Shown: positions 20,238 through 29,331, counted from the first letter of the stretch. The stretch: 64,000 nucleotides of DNA from a bacterium (GCA_963674965.2 CAXXFL010000003.1:492837-556836), one strand, 5' to 3'. Translations and numbers: made by a program. The notes: generated from the letters alone by a model not told the origin.

Positions 20238-21655
20238 CGCGGGTCCCCCTTCATGAAGAGCACTCGAGCGCCCATGGCCGCGCCCTTTATCAGGCCGGAA
20301 AGACTCTGGACCCTTCTCAGCCGGCGAGCGATGACCTTGGGCCGGCGGTAGAACTTCCTGTACATGGCCGCCAGCCCGGCCAGTATCTCGTCCTTATTAA
20401 GCTCCTCCTCCCAGACCGGCGGGGTGAAGTCCGGGGAGGGCGACGAGGCGAACTCGGACCAGTAGTCGCGCCCGATGACGCCCATCTCGAGTCCGGTCCG
20501 GTAGATGGGGGTCCCGGGGAAGGGAATGAGGACGCTGAAGTGTACGTAGTCCGGGTCAAGCTCGATGGCCAGCTCGAGGGAGTGCTCCATGGTGGCCGCC
20601 GTCTCGCCCGGCAACCCGGCCATGAAATAGGCCAGGGTCTCGAGGCCCGCTTCCCTGGCCGCCTTGAAGGCCTCTCGCGCCTGGCCGATGGTGATGCCCT
20701 TTTGCAGGGACTCGAGGATTTTCGGGTCCCCGCTTTCGACGCCGAAATGGACGCGCCTGAGACCGGCGCGGGCCGCGAGCTTATAGTCCTCCGGGCCCAG
20801 GTCGCTTACCCGGGCCCTTATGTCCCAGGCCACGTCGATTTTTCTCTCGAGCAAAAGCTCGGCGATCTCCCGCGCCCTTTTAGGGCTGGCCGTGAAGGTG
20901 TCGTCGTAAAACACGATCTCCTTTATGCCCATCTCCGCCGCGGCTTCCATCTCCTCGGCCACGTTGGCCGCGCTCCGGGCGCGGAAGCGCTTGCCCAGGT
21001 GGGGCCGGTCGCAAAAGGCGCAGCGGTGAGGACATCCCCTGCTGCTCATCATGGTGGTAATGGGACGAAGGCCCGAGAGCACGGAATGGTAGATCGAGAG
21101 GCGGGACAGGTCCCGGGCCGGGAACTCGAGTTTGTCCAGGTCCTCGATAAAGGGAGCCACCTCGGGGCTACCGGCCCGGCCGTCCTTCCAGCGAAGGCCG
21201 GGGGGAACGGGAGCGGCCGGGTCGTTCCAGCCGGAGACCAGGGCCCGAAGGCTCTCTTCACCCTCTCCCCGCAGGGCCCCGTCAAAGGGACCGAGATCGA
21301 GGGTCTCCTTTTGGAAGAGATGCGGGTGTGGACCTCCGGCGATGATCCTGGTCCCGGGCCGGGCCGCCTTGACGGCCATGGCCACGTCCATGGCGTCCAG
21401 CAGGGTGAAGGTCAGGACCGTCAGGCCCACCAGGTCGTGGCCGCCCTCGATCACCCGAAGGGCCACGTCATCCGCCGACATCCCCTCCGCGTGGGCGTCG
21501 ATCACCGAGACCTCGACCCCGGGAAGGTCCCGGATGGAGGCCGCCAGATAGAGAACGCCCAGGGGAGGAAAGCTTCCCCGCGACCGCTCGACCTCGGGCG
21601 GAAGTATGCTCCGCACCGGGCGCCGGGAAGGAGGGTTGACCAGGAGGACCTTCAA
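20234..21655 (-). CDS. cobalamin-binding radical SAM protein
   Basis: N-terminal B12 domain (KVLLVNPP, PPLGVLYLA, GGPHP, GEGE); SRGCPHRCAFC (CxxxCxxC); FGVESG; PFPGTP. Confidence 0.93.
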   Translation of the reverse strand: MKVLLVNPPSRRPVRSILPPEVERSRGSFPPLGVLYLAASIRDLPGVEVSVIDAHAEGMSADDVALRVIEGGHDLVGLTVLTFTLLDAMDVAMAVKAARPGTRIIAGGPHPHLFQKETLDLGPFDGALRGEGEESLRALVSGWNDPAAPVPPGLRWKDGRAGSPEVAPFIEDLDKLEFPARDLSRLSIYHSVLSGLRPITTMMSSRGCPHRCAFCDRPHLGKRFRARSAANVAEEMEAAAEMGIKEIVFYDDTFTASPKRAREIAELLLERKIDVAWDIRARVSDLGPEDYKLAARAGLRRVHFGVESGDPKILESLQKGITIGQAREAFKAAREAGLETLAYFMAGLPGETAATMEHSLELAIELDPDYVHFSVLIPFPGTPIYRTGLEMGVIGRDYWSEFASSPSPDFTPPVWEEELNKDEILAGLAAMYRKFYRRPKVIARRLRRVQSLSGLIKGAAMGARVLFMKGDPR

Positions 21656-22542
21656 GAGCGCCTCTTCGCGATCAGGTCAGCCAACAGTCCAAGCACGAAA
21701 ACCTGCACCGCCGTCAGCAGGATGACCACGGTGGTCACGTCCATGAACTTGCCCAGGGCGATGGACGAAAGCCCCACCGCCAAGGCCGATATGGCCAGCG
21801 CTATGGACAAGGGCAAAAAAACCCTGAGAGGGTTGAAGTATAAAAACGTCCGGAGGATCAGGATCAAAAGGCCCATGGTGTCCTTAAAAGGATTGAACTT
21901 GGACGAGCCCTTGCGAGCGAAGTAATCGATGGGAATGAACTTGATCGAGCGTCCCTCCGAGAGAAGGATGAGCGTGATGGTGCTGGTAAAGGAAAGGCCG
22001 TCGGGCAGGAGATGAAAGTAGCGCCTTACCTCGTCCCTTCTCATGAGACGCAGGCCCGAGTTAAGGTCCGGCACGTCCACGTCGGCCAGCGACTTGAGCA
22101 GCCGGATGATAAGCCGCTTCACCTGCGTCCGGGCCATGGGCTCCTCTAGCACTCCCCCCACCCTGGCGCCGACCACCATGTCGCTCCCGGCGGACTCGGC
22201 CACCAACTCGTCGAAACGGTCCGCCGGATAGGTGCCGTCGCCGTCGATGATGGCCACCAGTTCGCCCCGCGCCGCCGCGATCCCGGACTTTAGCGCCGCG
22301 CCGTAGCCCTTGTTGGTCTCGTGACGCTCGAGCCGTATAAGTCCATCCCGGGCCTTCTCGGACAGAAGCCTCGAGCACCCGTCATCGCTTCCGTCGTCCA
22401 CCACGACAATCTCGTGGGCCGCCTCGATTTTGGAGTTGGCGATCGAGTCGAGGACCGCGCATACTCCCTCCCGCTCGTTGTAAACGGGAATGACGATCGA
22501 CAAAAGAGGCTTGTCCGCGTTAGCGTCGGCTTGTTTGGTCAT
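21652..22542 (-). CDS. GT2, polyprenol-phosphate glycosyltransferase (DPM-synthase-like)
   Basis: SIVIPVYNE, VVDDGS, NKGYGAALK, DGDGTY and DLNSGLR motifs; two C-terminal TM helices. Confidence 0.88.
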   Translation of the reverse strand: MTKQADANADKPLLSIVIPVYNEREGVCAVLDSIANSKIEAAHEIVVVDDGSDDGCSRLLSEKARDGLIRLERHETNKGYGAALKSGIAAARGELVAIIDGDGTYPADRFDELVAESAGSDMVVGARVGGVLEEPMARTQVKRLIIRLLKSLADVDVPDLNSGLRLMRRDEVRRYFHLLPDGLSFTSTITLILLSEGRSIKFIPIDYFARKGSSKFNPFKDTMGLLILILRTFLYFNPLRVFLPLSIALAISALAVGLSSIALGKFMDVTTVVILLTAVQVFVLGLLADLIAKRRS

Positions 22543-22579
22543 GTCGGTTTCCTCGAGGGCGCCGGACTCGCGGGACCGG

Positions 22580-24481
22580 TCATCGCCCGTAAAAATATGG
22601 TTCCAGCCAGTAGGCGTCGTCGAAATTCAGATTGCCCCTCGGCCCCGGGTCGGTCCTGAATACCAGCATGGACGACCCTTCCAGGGAGACGGCCGTTTTT
22701 CGGACCGCCGCGGCGCCCCCCTCGGGAACGAACCGGGCATAGAGGAGCGAGGTTTTCCCGGGGCCGCCCTCAATATCATATACCGCGAAGGCGGTGAAGT
22801 TAACCCCGTCCGACTCGGCGAAGGGATGGGAGTGAACGATGGCCGGCTTAAACGACGCGAGATCGAATCCATTGGGAACGCGGGCCTGGGCCCATGCCCC
22901 TCCCTCTCGCGGGTGAAGTCCGACGGCGTGGACCGGCTCGACGCATTTTCCCGAGGCCGGGTCCTCGATCCACGAGGGCTTGCCGCTCTCGAGGCCGGCG
23001 GAGACCAGGCACGCCCTTTTACGCCCGGGCAGGATAAACGCGAGGCCCGGACCCGCGCTCGAGGACTCGGGAAGGACCATGATCCGGCCCCGGTCCTCGA
23101 CAAGACCATCCCTCACGTACACGCGCTCGCCGCCGAACTCGGCGGCGAGCCGATAGCCCGGACGTTCGCGTCCCAGGTCCTTAAGGCCCAGCACCTCCTC
23201 GTGCCTTAAGTCCAGGTGAATGAGGTCGGGGTCGTGGGACTCGAGCCACCGCGCCGAGGCCACCGACATGGGAAACAGGGTCTCGACGCCGCCGTAGAAT
23301 TTATACGCTCCCACCGCCGCGCTGGAGAAGGCCGTTTTAATCCGGCCCTTGCCGAAATCCATCCGGGCCAAGGTGAAATAAGCCGGGTTGCGATGTCCGG
23401 CGGCGAGATAGTTTTGCGGGAGCAGCATAAGGAATAGCCCGATCAAAGCCAGGTGAAAGGCGCCGGCCCTCCTTAGCCCGATATGGACGGCCAGGCAAAG
23501 GAAAGGGGCAAGGTAGAGAAGATAAACGTAATGACGCGAAACCAGGCCGGGAGCGCTCGCCAGAAGGACCAGGAAGAAAAGGCCGAAAAAGGCCGCCGCC
23601 TTGGCCGCGGGGTCCCCCCACAAGCCCTTCTTCCCGCGGACGGCCGAGACTATCGAACCGGCCGCGGCGAGGGTCGCGGCCAGGGCGGCGATGGTTCCCG
23701 CCGTTCCCATCACCTCGAGGAAATGGAAACCAAGAGACGCGTAAGTCAGGGCACGAAAGAGCGCGAAGGGGTTGGCCCGCTCCGGAGCGTGAGAGAAAAA
23801 GGCGGCCTCCCCCGCCGCGCCGTATTGGTAGGCTTGAAGGGCGAGGAAACAAAACGTCTCCCACCCGAAAAGGACAAGCAGCCGCTTTCGGGTCTCTTTG
23901 TCGCGCCAATAAAGGACCGCAAGGGAGGGGACGGCCAGGTAAACCGGCCAGTCCACCAGCGTCCCGGCGGTGACGACCGGAATCAGCGTCTTAAGCCCCG
24001 CCCCCTCCGCCATGACCAGATACGCGATGAGGGAGACCATGAAAATCGAGAGGGGCTCGTAATTCGTGGTCGTGCAGAGAATGAAGGGAAGGGGAAGAAA
24101 AAAAGCGGCCGCGAAAACGACCCAGGCCCGCTTTTCATCCGGGCCGAGAAAATTCCTCCAGAGCGCGGCCGCGCCGAAATAAAGAAGAAGGGAAAAAAGC
24201 CTGGTCACCGGCTCGTGGACGCCGAATATTTTATAGAGCGCGGCGTAGACAATATGGAGGAGGGGAGGATGGGCGGTATGATAAAAATTTTGCCCGTCCA
24301 TATAGGCGAGGACGGGCAGGAAGCGGTCAGCCATGAAGCCCCGCTCGAGGTGGGTAAGGGCTATGGCCTCCTGGAAGGCCGTCTCGAAGGGAAGGATGAA
24401 CGGGCCCATCAAAGCTTCTCCCCTCCAGGCCGCGTAGGCGGCCAGGACAAAGACGGCTATGGCCCATTCACTCCTCTTCAT
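22580..24481 (-). CDS. GT-C-like membrane protein with C-terminal beta-sandwich (carbohydrate-binding-like) domain
   Basis: YHTAHPPL and RLFSLL motifs, many TM helices, C-terminal SDGVNF...FRTDPGPRGN..FD.AYW..P. ATG at 24481 overlaps the end of the epimerase gene. Confidence 0.68.
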   Translation of the reverse strand: MKRSEWAIAVFVLAAYAAWRGEALMGPFILPFETAFQEAIALTHLERGFMADRFLPVLAYMDGQNFYHTAHPPLLHIVYAALYKIFGVHEPVTRLFSLLLYFGAAALWRNFLGPDEKRAWVVFAAAFFLPLPFILCTTTNYEPLSIFMVSLIAYLVMAEGAGLKTLIPVVTAGTLVDWPVYLAVPSLAVLYWRDKETRKRLLVLFGWETFCFLALQAYQYGAAGEAAFFSHAPERANPFALFRALTYASLGFHFLEVMGTAGTIAALAATLAAAGSIVSAVRGKKGLWGDPAAKAAAFFGLFFLVLLASAPGLVSRHYVYLLYLAPFLCLAVHIGLRRAGAFHLALIGLFLMLLPQNYLAAGHRNPAYFTLARMDFGKGRIKTAFSSAAVGAYKFYGGVETLFPMSVASARWLESHDPDLIHLDLRHEEVLGLKDLGRERPGYRLAAEFGGERVYVRDGLVEDRGRIMVLPESSSAGPGLAFILPGRKRACLVSAGLESGKPSWIEDPASGKCVEPVHAVGLHPREGGAWAQARVPNGFDLASFKPAIVHSHPFAESDGVNFTAFAVYDIEGGPGKTSLLYARFVPEGGAAAVRKTAVSLEGSSMLVFRTDPGPRGNLNFDDAYWLEPYFYGR

Positions 24482-25376
24482 GGTCCTTGAAATATTTCCA
24501 GGTCCTTTGAAGGCCTTGCGCGAGTCCAACGGACGGCTCGAAGCCGGAGAGCTTTTTCAGGAGACTCACGTCGAGCACTATCGAGTCCACGTCACCGGGC
24601 CGGATGGGCTCCCGTTCGGTTTCGATCCTCTTGCCCGTGACCTTCTCGACTGCCCGGACAAGGTCTAAAAGGGAAGTCCCCGCGCCGGAGCCGACGTTCA
24701 CGGTCGCGTTCCTGGCTCCGCTTTCCACCAGCGCCGCGGCCGCCTCGGAGGCGTCGTCGATAAAGATATAGTCCCGGACCGTGTTCCCGTAGGCGGTAAA
24801 GGACCCGCCGTAAAGCGCGCGTTTCATCAGGGCGGGAATCGCGCCGTGCCGGTTGGTTATTTCCTGACCCGGCCCGTAAGGGTTGGAGGGGCGGAGGATC
24901 AGGTGGTCGAGTCCTTTTCTCGTTTTCGCCAGTCTGGTGAACTGCTCCATGGCCGCCTTGCAGGCCCCGTATCCCGAGACGGGACGCTCGGGCCTTTTCT
25001 CGGACGCCGGGGCTTGGCCCGTGCTCCCGTAAATCTGTCCGCCCGTCGAGTAGTAGACGATCGTCTCCGCGCCGGCCTCGGCGATGAGGTCGATGAAACG
25101 GACGTAGGGGACCAGGTTCTTCTCGAGCTCACCGGCCGGGTCGAGCATGGACTCGCCCGGAATCGAGGAATGGACAAGGTGGAACACCGCGTCGCCGCGC
25201 TCGATGGGGCCGGAGGCCAGGACGGGATCGAAGACGTCGGCCTCGATCCACTCGACGCCCTCCTCGCGGGGGGGCGACGCGTCCATCGAGACCACCCGCC
25301 ATCCCCGTTTGATAAGCGACCTGGAAAGGCCCGACCCGAGAAAACCCGAGCCGCCCATGAGAACCGCCCGCTTCAC
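24468..25376 (-). CDS. NAD-dependent epimerase/dehydratase (extended SDR)
   Basis: GGSGFLG, YGACK (YxxxK), NPYGP and RDYIFIDD motifs. Confidence 0.92.
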   Translation of the reverse strand: MKRAVLMGGSGFLGSGLSRSLIKRGWRVVSMDASPPREEGVEWIEADVFDPVLASGPIERGDAVFHLVHSSIPGESMLDPAGELEKNLVPYVRFIDLIAEAGAETIVYYSTGGQIYGSTGQAPASEKRPERPVSGYGACKAAMEQFTRLAKTRKGLDHLILRPSNPYGPGQEITNRHGAIPALMKRALYGGSFTAYGNTVRDYIFIDDASEAAAALVESGARNATVNVGSGAGTSLLDLVRAVEKVTGKRIETEREPIRPGDVDSIVLDVSLLKKLSGFEPSVGLAQGLQRTWKYFKDHEEE

Positions 25377-25404
25377 GCGCGCTCTCCTATCAGTCCTGAA
25401 ACTA

Positions 25405-26724
25405 TCATTTGGTCTCTCCGTAAAGCTTGAGTAACCGGTACGCCTGGTCGGCCACGTCGATGACGGCCCCTTTTTCCCTGGCGCGGGCCAGGACCTCCGA
25501 CGGGGACCCCGCTCCCGTTTTCCGGTCCTCCTTCAACTGGGCGATGGCCCGGATCAGGGCGCGACGCAAATCCGAGGCCGAGCCCGGAGCGAAGAAAAAG
25601 GCCCTTTCAAGCGCCTCCTTGGCGAAGACCATGCCCGGCTGGTCGGCCAGCGCCAGGTAAGTCCCGGTGGCGATCCCGTACTTGACGATGAGCGGACAGT
25701 TCTCGTCCCAGGTGGAGGGCACGACGAGAACGTCGATTTCCTCGAGGACCAGGTTCATGTCCTTGAAGGGAAACGTGCCCTTATACTCGACGTAGTCGGG
25801 AAGGGGAAGCGACTGGTAATACTCCCTCGCTCCCGGGTCGTCGAGGGAGCCGTAAACCAGAAGACGGTGCTTTAAAGGAACGTCCTTGGCGGCGTGGGCC
25901 AGGAGCTCGAGGCCCTTGTGGGGAAGAAGTTGCCCGATAAAGGCCAACCGCGGCCGCTCGGACTTGCTTTTTACGTGGCCGGAAAAACGGGAGAGGTCCA
26001 CGCCATAGTCCATTACCTTCTCGTTACCGCCCTTCATCCCCGCCAGGTGGTATCGGGCCAGGGCGTTGCCGTTAGGATATATCACGGCGTCGGCGCCCTT
26101 GAAAGCGTCCCTTGCCGCCTCCAGGCGCCGGCGAAGAAGCTTGAGCCGGGGACCGGGCCTCGCGGGAACGAGCCTTGTTGGAAAACGCTCGCGCAGTATC
26201 TTGTCCAGCCATGGCCACTTCACGAAGGCCGTCGAGTCGAACAGGCAGGGAACGCACCTAATAGCTTCCCTTGGCCCGGGGCACTTGTTCCCTTGTCCAT
26301 CCAGGCTCTGGCCCCGGGGACAAAAGCCCGAGAAGTCGGTGACCGTGATAAAGGTCTTTGCCCCCAGTTCCCCGGCCGCGGCGGGAAGGGTCAAGGACAA
26401 GCCGCCGGTGAAGTACAGGAAATGTACCACGTCGGGCTTGAAACGGGCCATGACCTCGCGAAACTTTTCCTCCTGCGGCGGGTTGAAGAAGTAGGTTTCC
26501 GGGTCGGCGGGGTCCACCTTGTCCCTAACCCTGTTCACCTTGAGTCCGTCGAACTCGACGCTCTCGAGGGCGGCAAAATCCGCTTTTCGGTCGTCTCTTA
26601 AATAGAAAATCTCGGTTTCGGCCGACCTCGAGACGGCCGAGGCCAGTTCCATGGCGTAAACCTCGGTGCCCCGCCAGTGGAAAGGGGGGAAAGAATGCGC
26701 GACGTATAGTATTTTCATTTTCAA
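25405..26724 (-). CDS. GT4 (GT-B fold) glycosyltransferase
   Basis: KILYVAHSFPP...GTE, FKPDVVH, a Cys-rich insert (CPRG..C...C..C), FIGQL.PHKG and VPSTWDENCPL. Confidence 0.88.
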   Translation of the reverse strand: MKMKILYVAHSFPPFHWRGTEVYAMELASAVSRSAETEIFYLRDDRKADFAALESVEFDGLKVNRVRDKVDPADPETYFFNPPQEEKFREVMARFKPDVVHFLYFTGGLSLTLPAAAGELGAKTFITVTDFSGFCPRGQSLDGQGNKCPGPREAIRCVPCLFDSTAFVKWPWLDKILRERFPTRLVPARPGPRLKLLRRRLEAARDAFKGADAVIYPNGNALARYHLAGMKGGNEKVMDYGVDLSRFSGHVKSKSERPRLAFIGQLLPHKGLELLAHAAKDVPLKHRLLVYGSLDDPGAREYYQSLPLPDYVEYKGTFPFKDMNLVLEEIDVLVVPSTWDENCPLIVKYGIATGTYLALADQPGMVFAKEALERAFFFAPGSASDLRRALIRAIAQLKEDRKTGAGSPSEVLARAREKGAVIDVADQAYRLLKLYGETK

Positions 26725-26797
26725 AGCCGCCCGCTTAGCCGCGCCTCGGATGGCCGTCCGGGGCTCTCCGAAAGCCGGGCAAGGCTGGGCGTGATAT

Positions 26798-26827
26798 ATT
26801 CTAGTTGCGCTCCCCTTACCGTGTCAA
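26798..26827 (-). promoter_or_regulatory. sigma70-type promoter for the glycosylation operon
   Basis: Minus strand TTGACA-18 nt-TAGAAT. Confidence 0.6.
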
Positions 26828-26843
26828 TCGGGACAGCCGGGTC

Positions 26844-26872
26844 TTGACTGTGGAGGGGACGCCGACTATATT
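26844..26872 (+). promoter_or_regulatory. divergent sigma70-type promoter for the TPR-cNMP gene
   Basis: TTGACT-17 nt-TATATT. Confidence 0.55.
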
Positions 26873-26967
26873 GCCAAAGTGAAGGCGGGACCGGTCCGAG
26901 CCGCCGGATTTTGCATTTTTTCTCGAACCGGCGGGGCCGGCGCCGGCAAGCATCTGAGGAGTCTGAA

Positions 26968-28380
26968 ATGGACGTACCCAATATCGAGATTAACGACAAG
27001 CAATACATGACCACCAATCAGGTGGTGCGCGGGGTGATCGAGCGGCTCGAGGCCGACAATACGGAGGACGCGGCCCACCTTTACAGCCACTGCCAGGAGG
27101 ACGTGGGTTTCATCCTCATGGCCCGGGCGCCCAAGGACCGGCCCATCCAGGCCCGCCTGGCCAAGATGTTCTACAAGGCCAAGGACTTCGAGAAGGCGGC
27201 CCTCGTGCTCGAGGCCAACAAGGAATATAAAAGGGCCGCCGAGCTTTACGAGCGCACGGACCAGTACGAGCACGCGGCCGAGATGTGGATGGGGGTGAAC
27301 GACGAGGATCGGGCCGCCCGCAACTACGAGAAGAACGGCTCCTGGCAGACGGCGGGCGAGCTTTACGTGAAGCTTAAAAACTTCGACCGGGCCGCCTATT
27401 GCTTCGAGAAGTCCCTTGACCACATCCAGGCGGCCAGGTACTACTACCAGATCAAGAAGTTCCAGAAGTCCATGGAAATCCTTCAGAAGGTGCGGGAGGA
27501 GGAGGAGGGTTTCCTCGAGGCGGCGGTGATGATCGGAAACATCCTGGCCATGAACGGCTACCTGGACATGGCCGCGGCCAAGTACCGCAACGTTACCAAG
27601 ACGGTCGAGATATCCCCCGGCACCCTGAGCGTCTACTACAACCTGGCCCAGCTTCTCGAGCGGAAGGGGGACGTTTTCGAGGCCACAAGCGTTTACGAGC
27701 AAGTTGTCTCCGTCGATATGAACTACCGCGACGCCGGGGCCCGGATCAAGGCGCTTAAAGGCAAAATCGCGGAGTCGGGGGCCAGGCCCGAGGACGTTCA
27801 GGTCGAGCTCGAGGAGATCGTCGAGGACCTCCAGGAGATCGAGGAGGACGAGATCACCCTGGTCCCGGGCGGCCAGTCCCTGATGGACTCGCCCAAGGCC
27901 CAGATCGTCAGCGTCATGGACGGCTTCGAGTTCCTAAAGAACACCTCCCTTTTCGACCGGCTCTCCCTTACCGAGATGAAAAGGATGTGGAACATATGCG
28001 AGACGGTCGATTTCCAGCCGGCCGAGATGATCATCGAGCAGGACCAGCCGGGCCAGGCCCTTTTCATCATCAAGAAGGGAGGGGTGGTGGTGCAACGGGT
28101 CAACCCCGGCTCGGTGACCGACCTGGTTTCCCTGCCCGCCGGCTCCCACGTGGGCGAGATGGCGCTGGTGGACGACGAGTCGCCCACCTCGGCCCGGGTC
28201 GTGGCCGGCGGCGACGGGGCCCAGGCCTTCAAGATCACGAGGGAGAAGTTCGAGGAACTGCTCGCCAGCGACGACAAGATAGCCATCAAGGTCTACCGGG
28301 TCTTCATCCGCACCCTTTGCGACCGGCTGCGCAAGACCACCGAGGACCTCTCATGCGCCCGGGCCATCCTGGAAAAGTGA
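26968..28380 (+). CDS. TPR/alpha-solenoid repeat protein with C-terminal cNMP-binding-like domain
   Basis: GAGGAG RBS before the ATG at 26968; repeats AA..[YF]E...; VYYNLAQLLE; IIEQDQPG.ALFII..G; VGEMALVD..PTSA. Confidence 0.82.
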   Translation: MDVPNIEINDKQYMTTNQVVRGVIERLEADNTEDAAHLYSHCQEDVGFILMARAPKDRPIQARLAKMFYKAKDFEKAALVLEANKEYKRAAELYERTDQYEHAAEMWMGVNDEDRAARNYEKNGSWQTAGELYVKLKNFDRAAYCFEKSLDHIQAARYYYQIKKFQKSMEILQKVREEEEGFLEAAVMIGNILAMNGYLDMAAAKYRNVTKTVEISPGTLSVYYNLAQLLERKGDVFEATSVYEQVVSVDMNYRDAGARIKALKGKIAESGARPEDVQVELEEIVEDLQEIEEDEITLVPGGQSLMDSPKAQIVSVMDGFEFLKNTSLFDRLSLTEMKRMWNICETVDFQPAEMIIEQDQPGQALFIIKKGGVVVQRVNPGSVTDLVSLPAGSHVGEMALVDDESPTSARVVAGGDGAQAFKITREKFEELLASDDKIAIKVYRVFIRTLCDRLRKTTEDLSCARAILEK

Positions 28381-28417
28381 CGGGCGCCGAGGCCGAACCT
28401 GGGCTATACTCGGTCCC

Positions 28418-28621
28418 ATGAACATGAAATGGACGGGATGGAGATGGATAGCCGGCGCGGCCGGCTTCGGACTGGGCTGGGCCTACGGGACCTTTATCGG
28501 CTGCCATGGCGGGTGAGGACTCCTCTCCAGCCCGCCGTTGGCGGGCGCGATCTTCGCCCTCATGAGCTACAGCCTGGCCGAGCTTCTAAGGGGCGATCCC
28601 CAGGCCCCGGGAAACGAGTAA
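28418..28621 (+). CDS. putative 67-aa membrane selenoprotein, DUF6132-like, with C-H-G-G-U motif (in-frame TGA at 28514-28516)
   Basis: MNMKWTGWRWIAGAAGFGLGWAYGTFIGCHGG-U-GLLSSPPLAGAIFALMSYSLAELLRGDPQAPGNE*. 29 of 34 codons after the TGA end in G/C. A hairpin follows the TGA. Confidence 0.72.
28530..28546 (+). promoter_or_regulatory. candidate bacterial SECIS element
   Basis: GCCCGCC-GTT-GGCGGGC: perfect 7-bp stem, loop begins GU, 20 nt after the TGA. Confidence 0.68.
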
Positions 28622-28820
28622 CGCATAGAAAAAGCCATTGGTTAGGCCGGAGATCACATGTTAACGGCGATGGGTTACCCGTTAAGGATATATATATATT
28701 GAACGGGTTAACGAGAGCCTTGACGCCTCTATCGGGCGCGAATTATACCTTGGAGAAACACGGCCTGACGTTATTTGTGTATGCACGCTGATCCCATGCC
28801 ACATTTGAGAAGGAGGATTG

Positions 28821-29057
28821 ATGAGAAATAATTAATTCGAAACGTCTCCGATTCAATTGATAGTAGTCGGTTCTCTGTTAATTCTTTTTGCAATATTATT
28901 AATTCTAATAAAAGGATATTCATTGTCCACTCTAATCCATATAGGGCATATAATCCTAGGGGTATATCTGATAATAATCTCTATATTAATGTATGGAAAG
29001 AAATATCGAGAAGCGAGTGACCAGAAGATTTTTCTAAACCGGAGGATGACAGTTTAA
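28821..29057 (+). pseudogene. AT-rich small membrane protein gene with an in-frame TAA at codon 5 (or a 66-aa CDS starting at TTG 28857)
   Basis: AGGAGG RBS then ATG AGA AAT AAT TAA. The same frame continues into two hydrophobic helices. Confidence 0.45.
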
Positions 29058-29113
29058 AAGGGTAACCCATGGCTCGCCTATGTGGGCGACTCTGCGATCA
29101 TTCTTGGCTGGCT

Positions 29114-29264
29114 GGGTCGCCCATGCATCATGCATGGGCGGCGTAAGCCGCGGGCTGATTTCCTCCCGCTATCGGACCCCTCCAATCGCCGGCCGGGACC
29201 AGCCGGAAAACGCCTCCAAGCGCCCGTAGCCCCGCAGACTGAAGCCCGTTCGCTCCGCTCACCC
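29114..29264. repeat. REP/REPIN-like element, about 150 bp; inverted copy of 52507-52656
   Basis: GGGTCGCCCATGCATCATGCATGGGCGGCGTAAGCCGCGGGCTGATTT...GACTGAAGCCCGTTCGCTCCGCTCACCC aligns end to end with the reverse complement of 52507-52656. Confidence 0.88.
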
Positions 29265-29273
29265 GCGGAAACG

Positions 29274-29313
29274 AAAAGGGCCGGGACCGCTTGGAAAGGC
29301 GCGGTCCCGGCCC
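29274..29313 (-). terminator. intrinsic terminator of the MaoC-like gene
   Basis: 13-bp stem GGGCCGGGACCGC/GCGGTCCCGGCCC followed by TTTT on the minus strand. Confidence 0.75.
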
Positions 29314-29331
29314 GATCGATCGGCCGTTGTA

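Noticed and set aside
28429-28791. 120-aa track ORF (MDGMEMDSRRGRLR...) overlapping the candidate selenoprotein
   Set aside because: Arg-rich with no recognisable motif, and it runs into AT-rich intergenic DNA. The 28418 frame has the codon bias, helices and motif.
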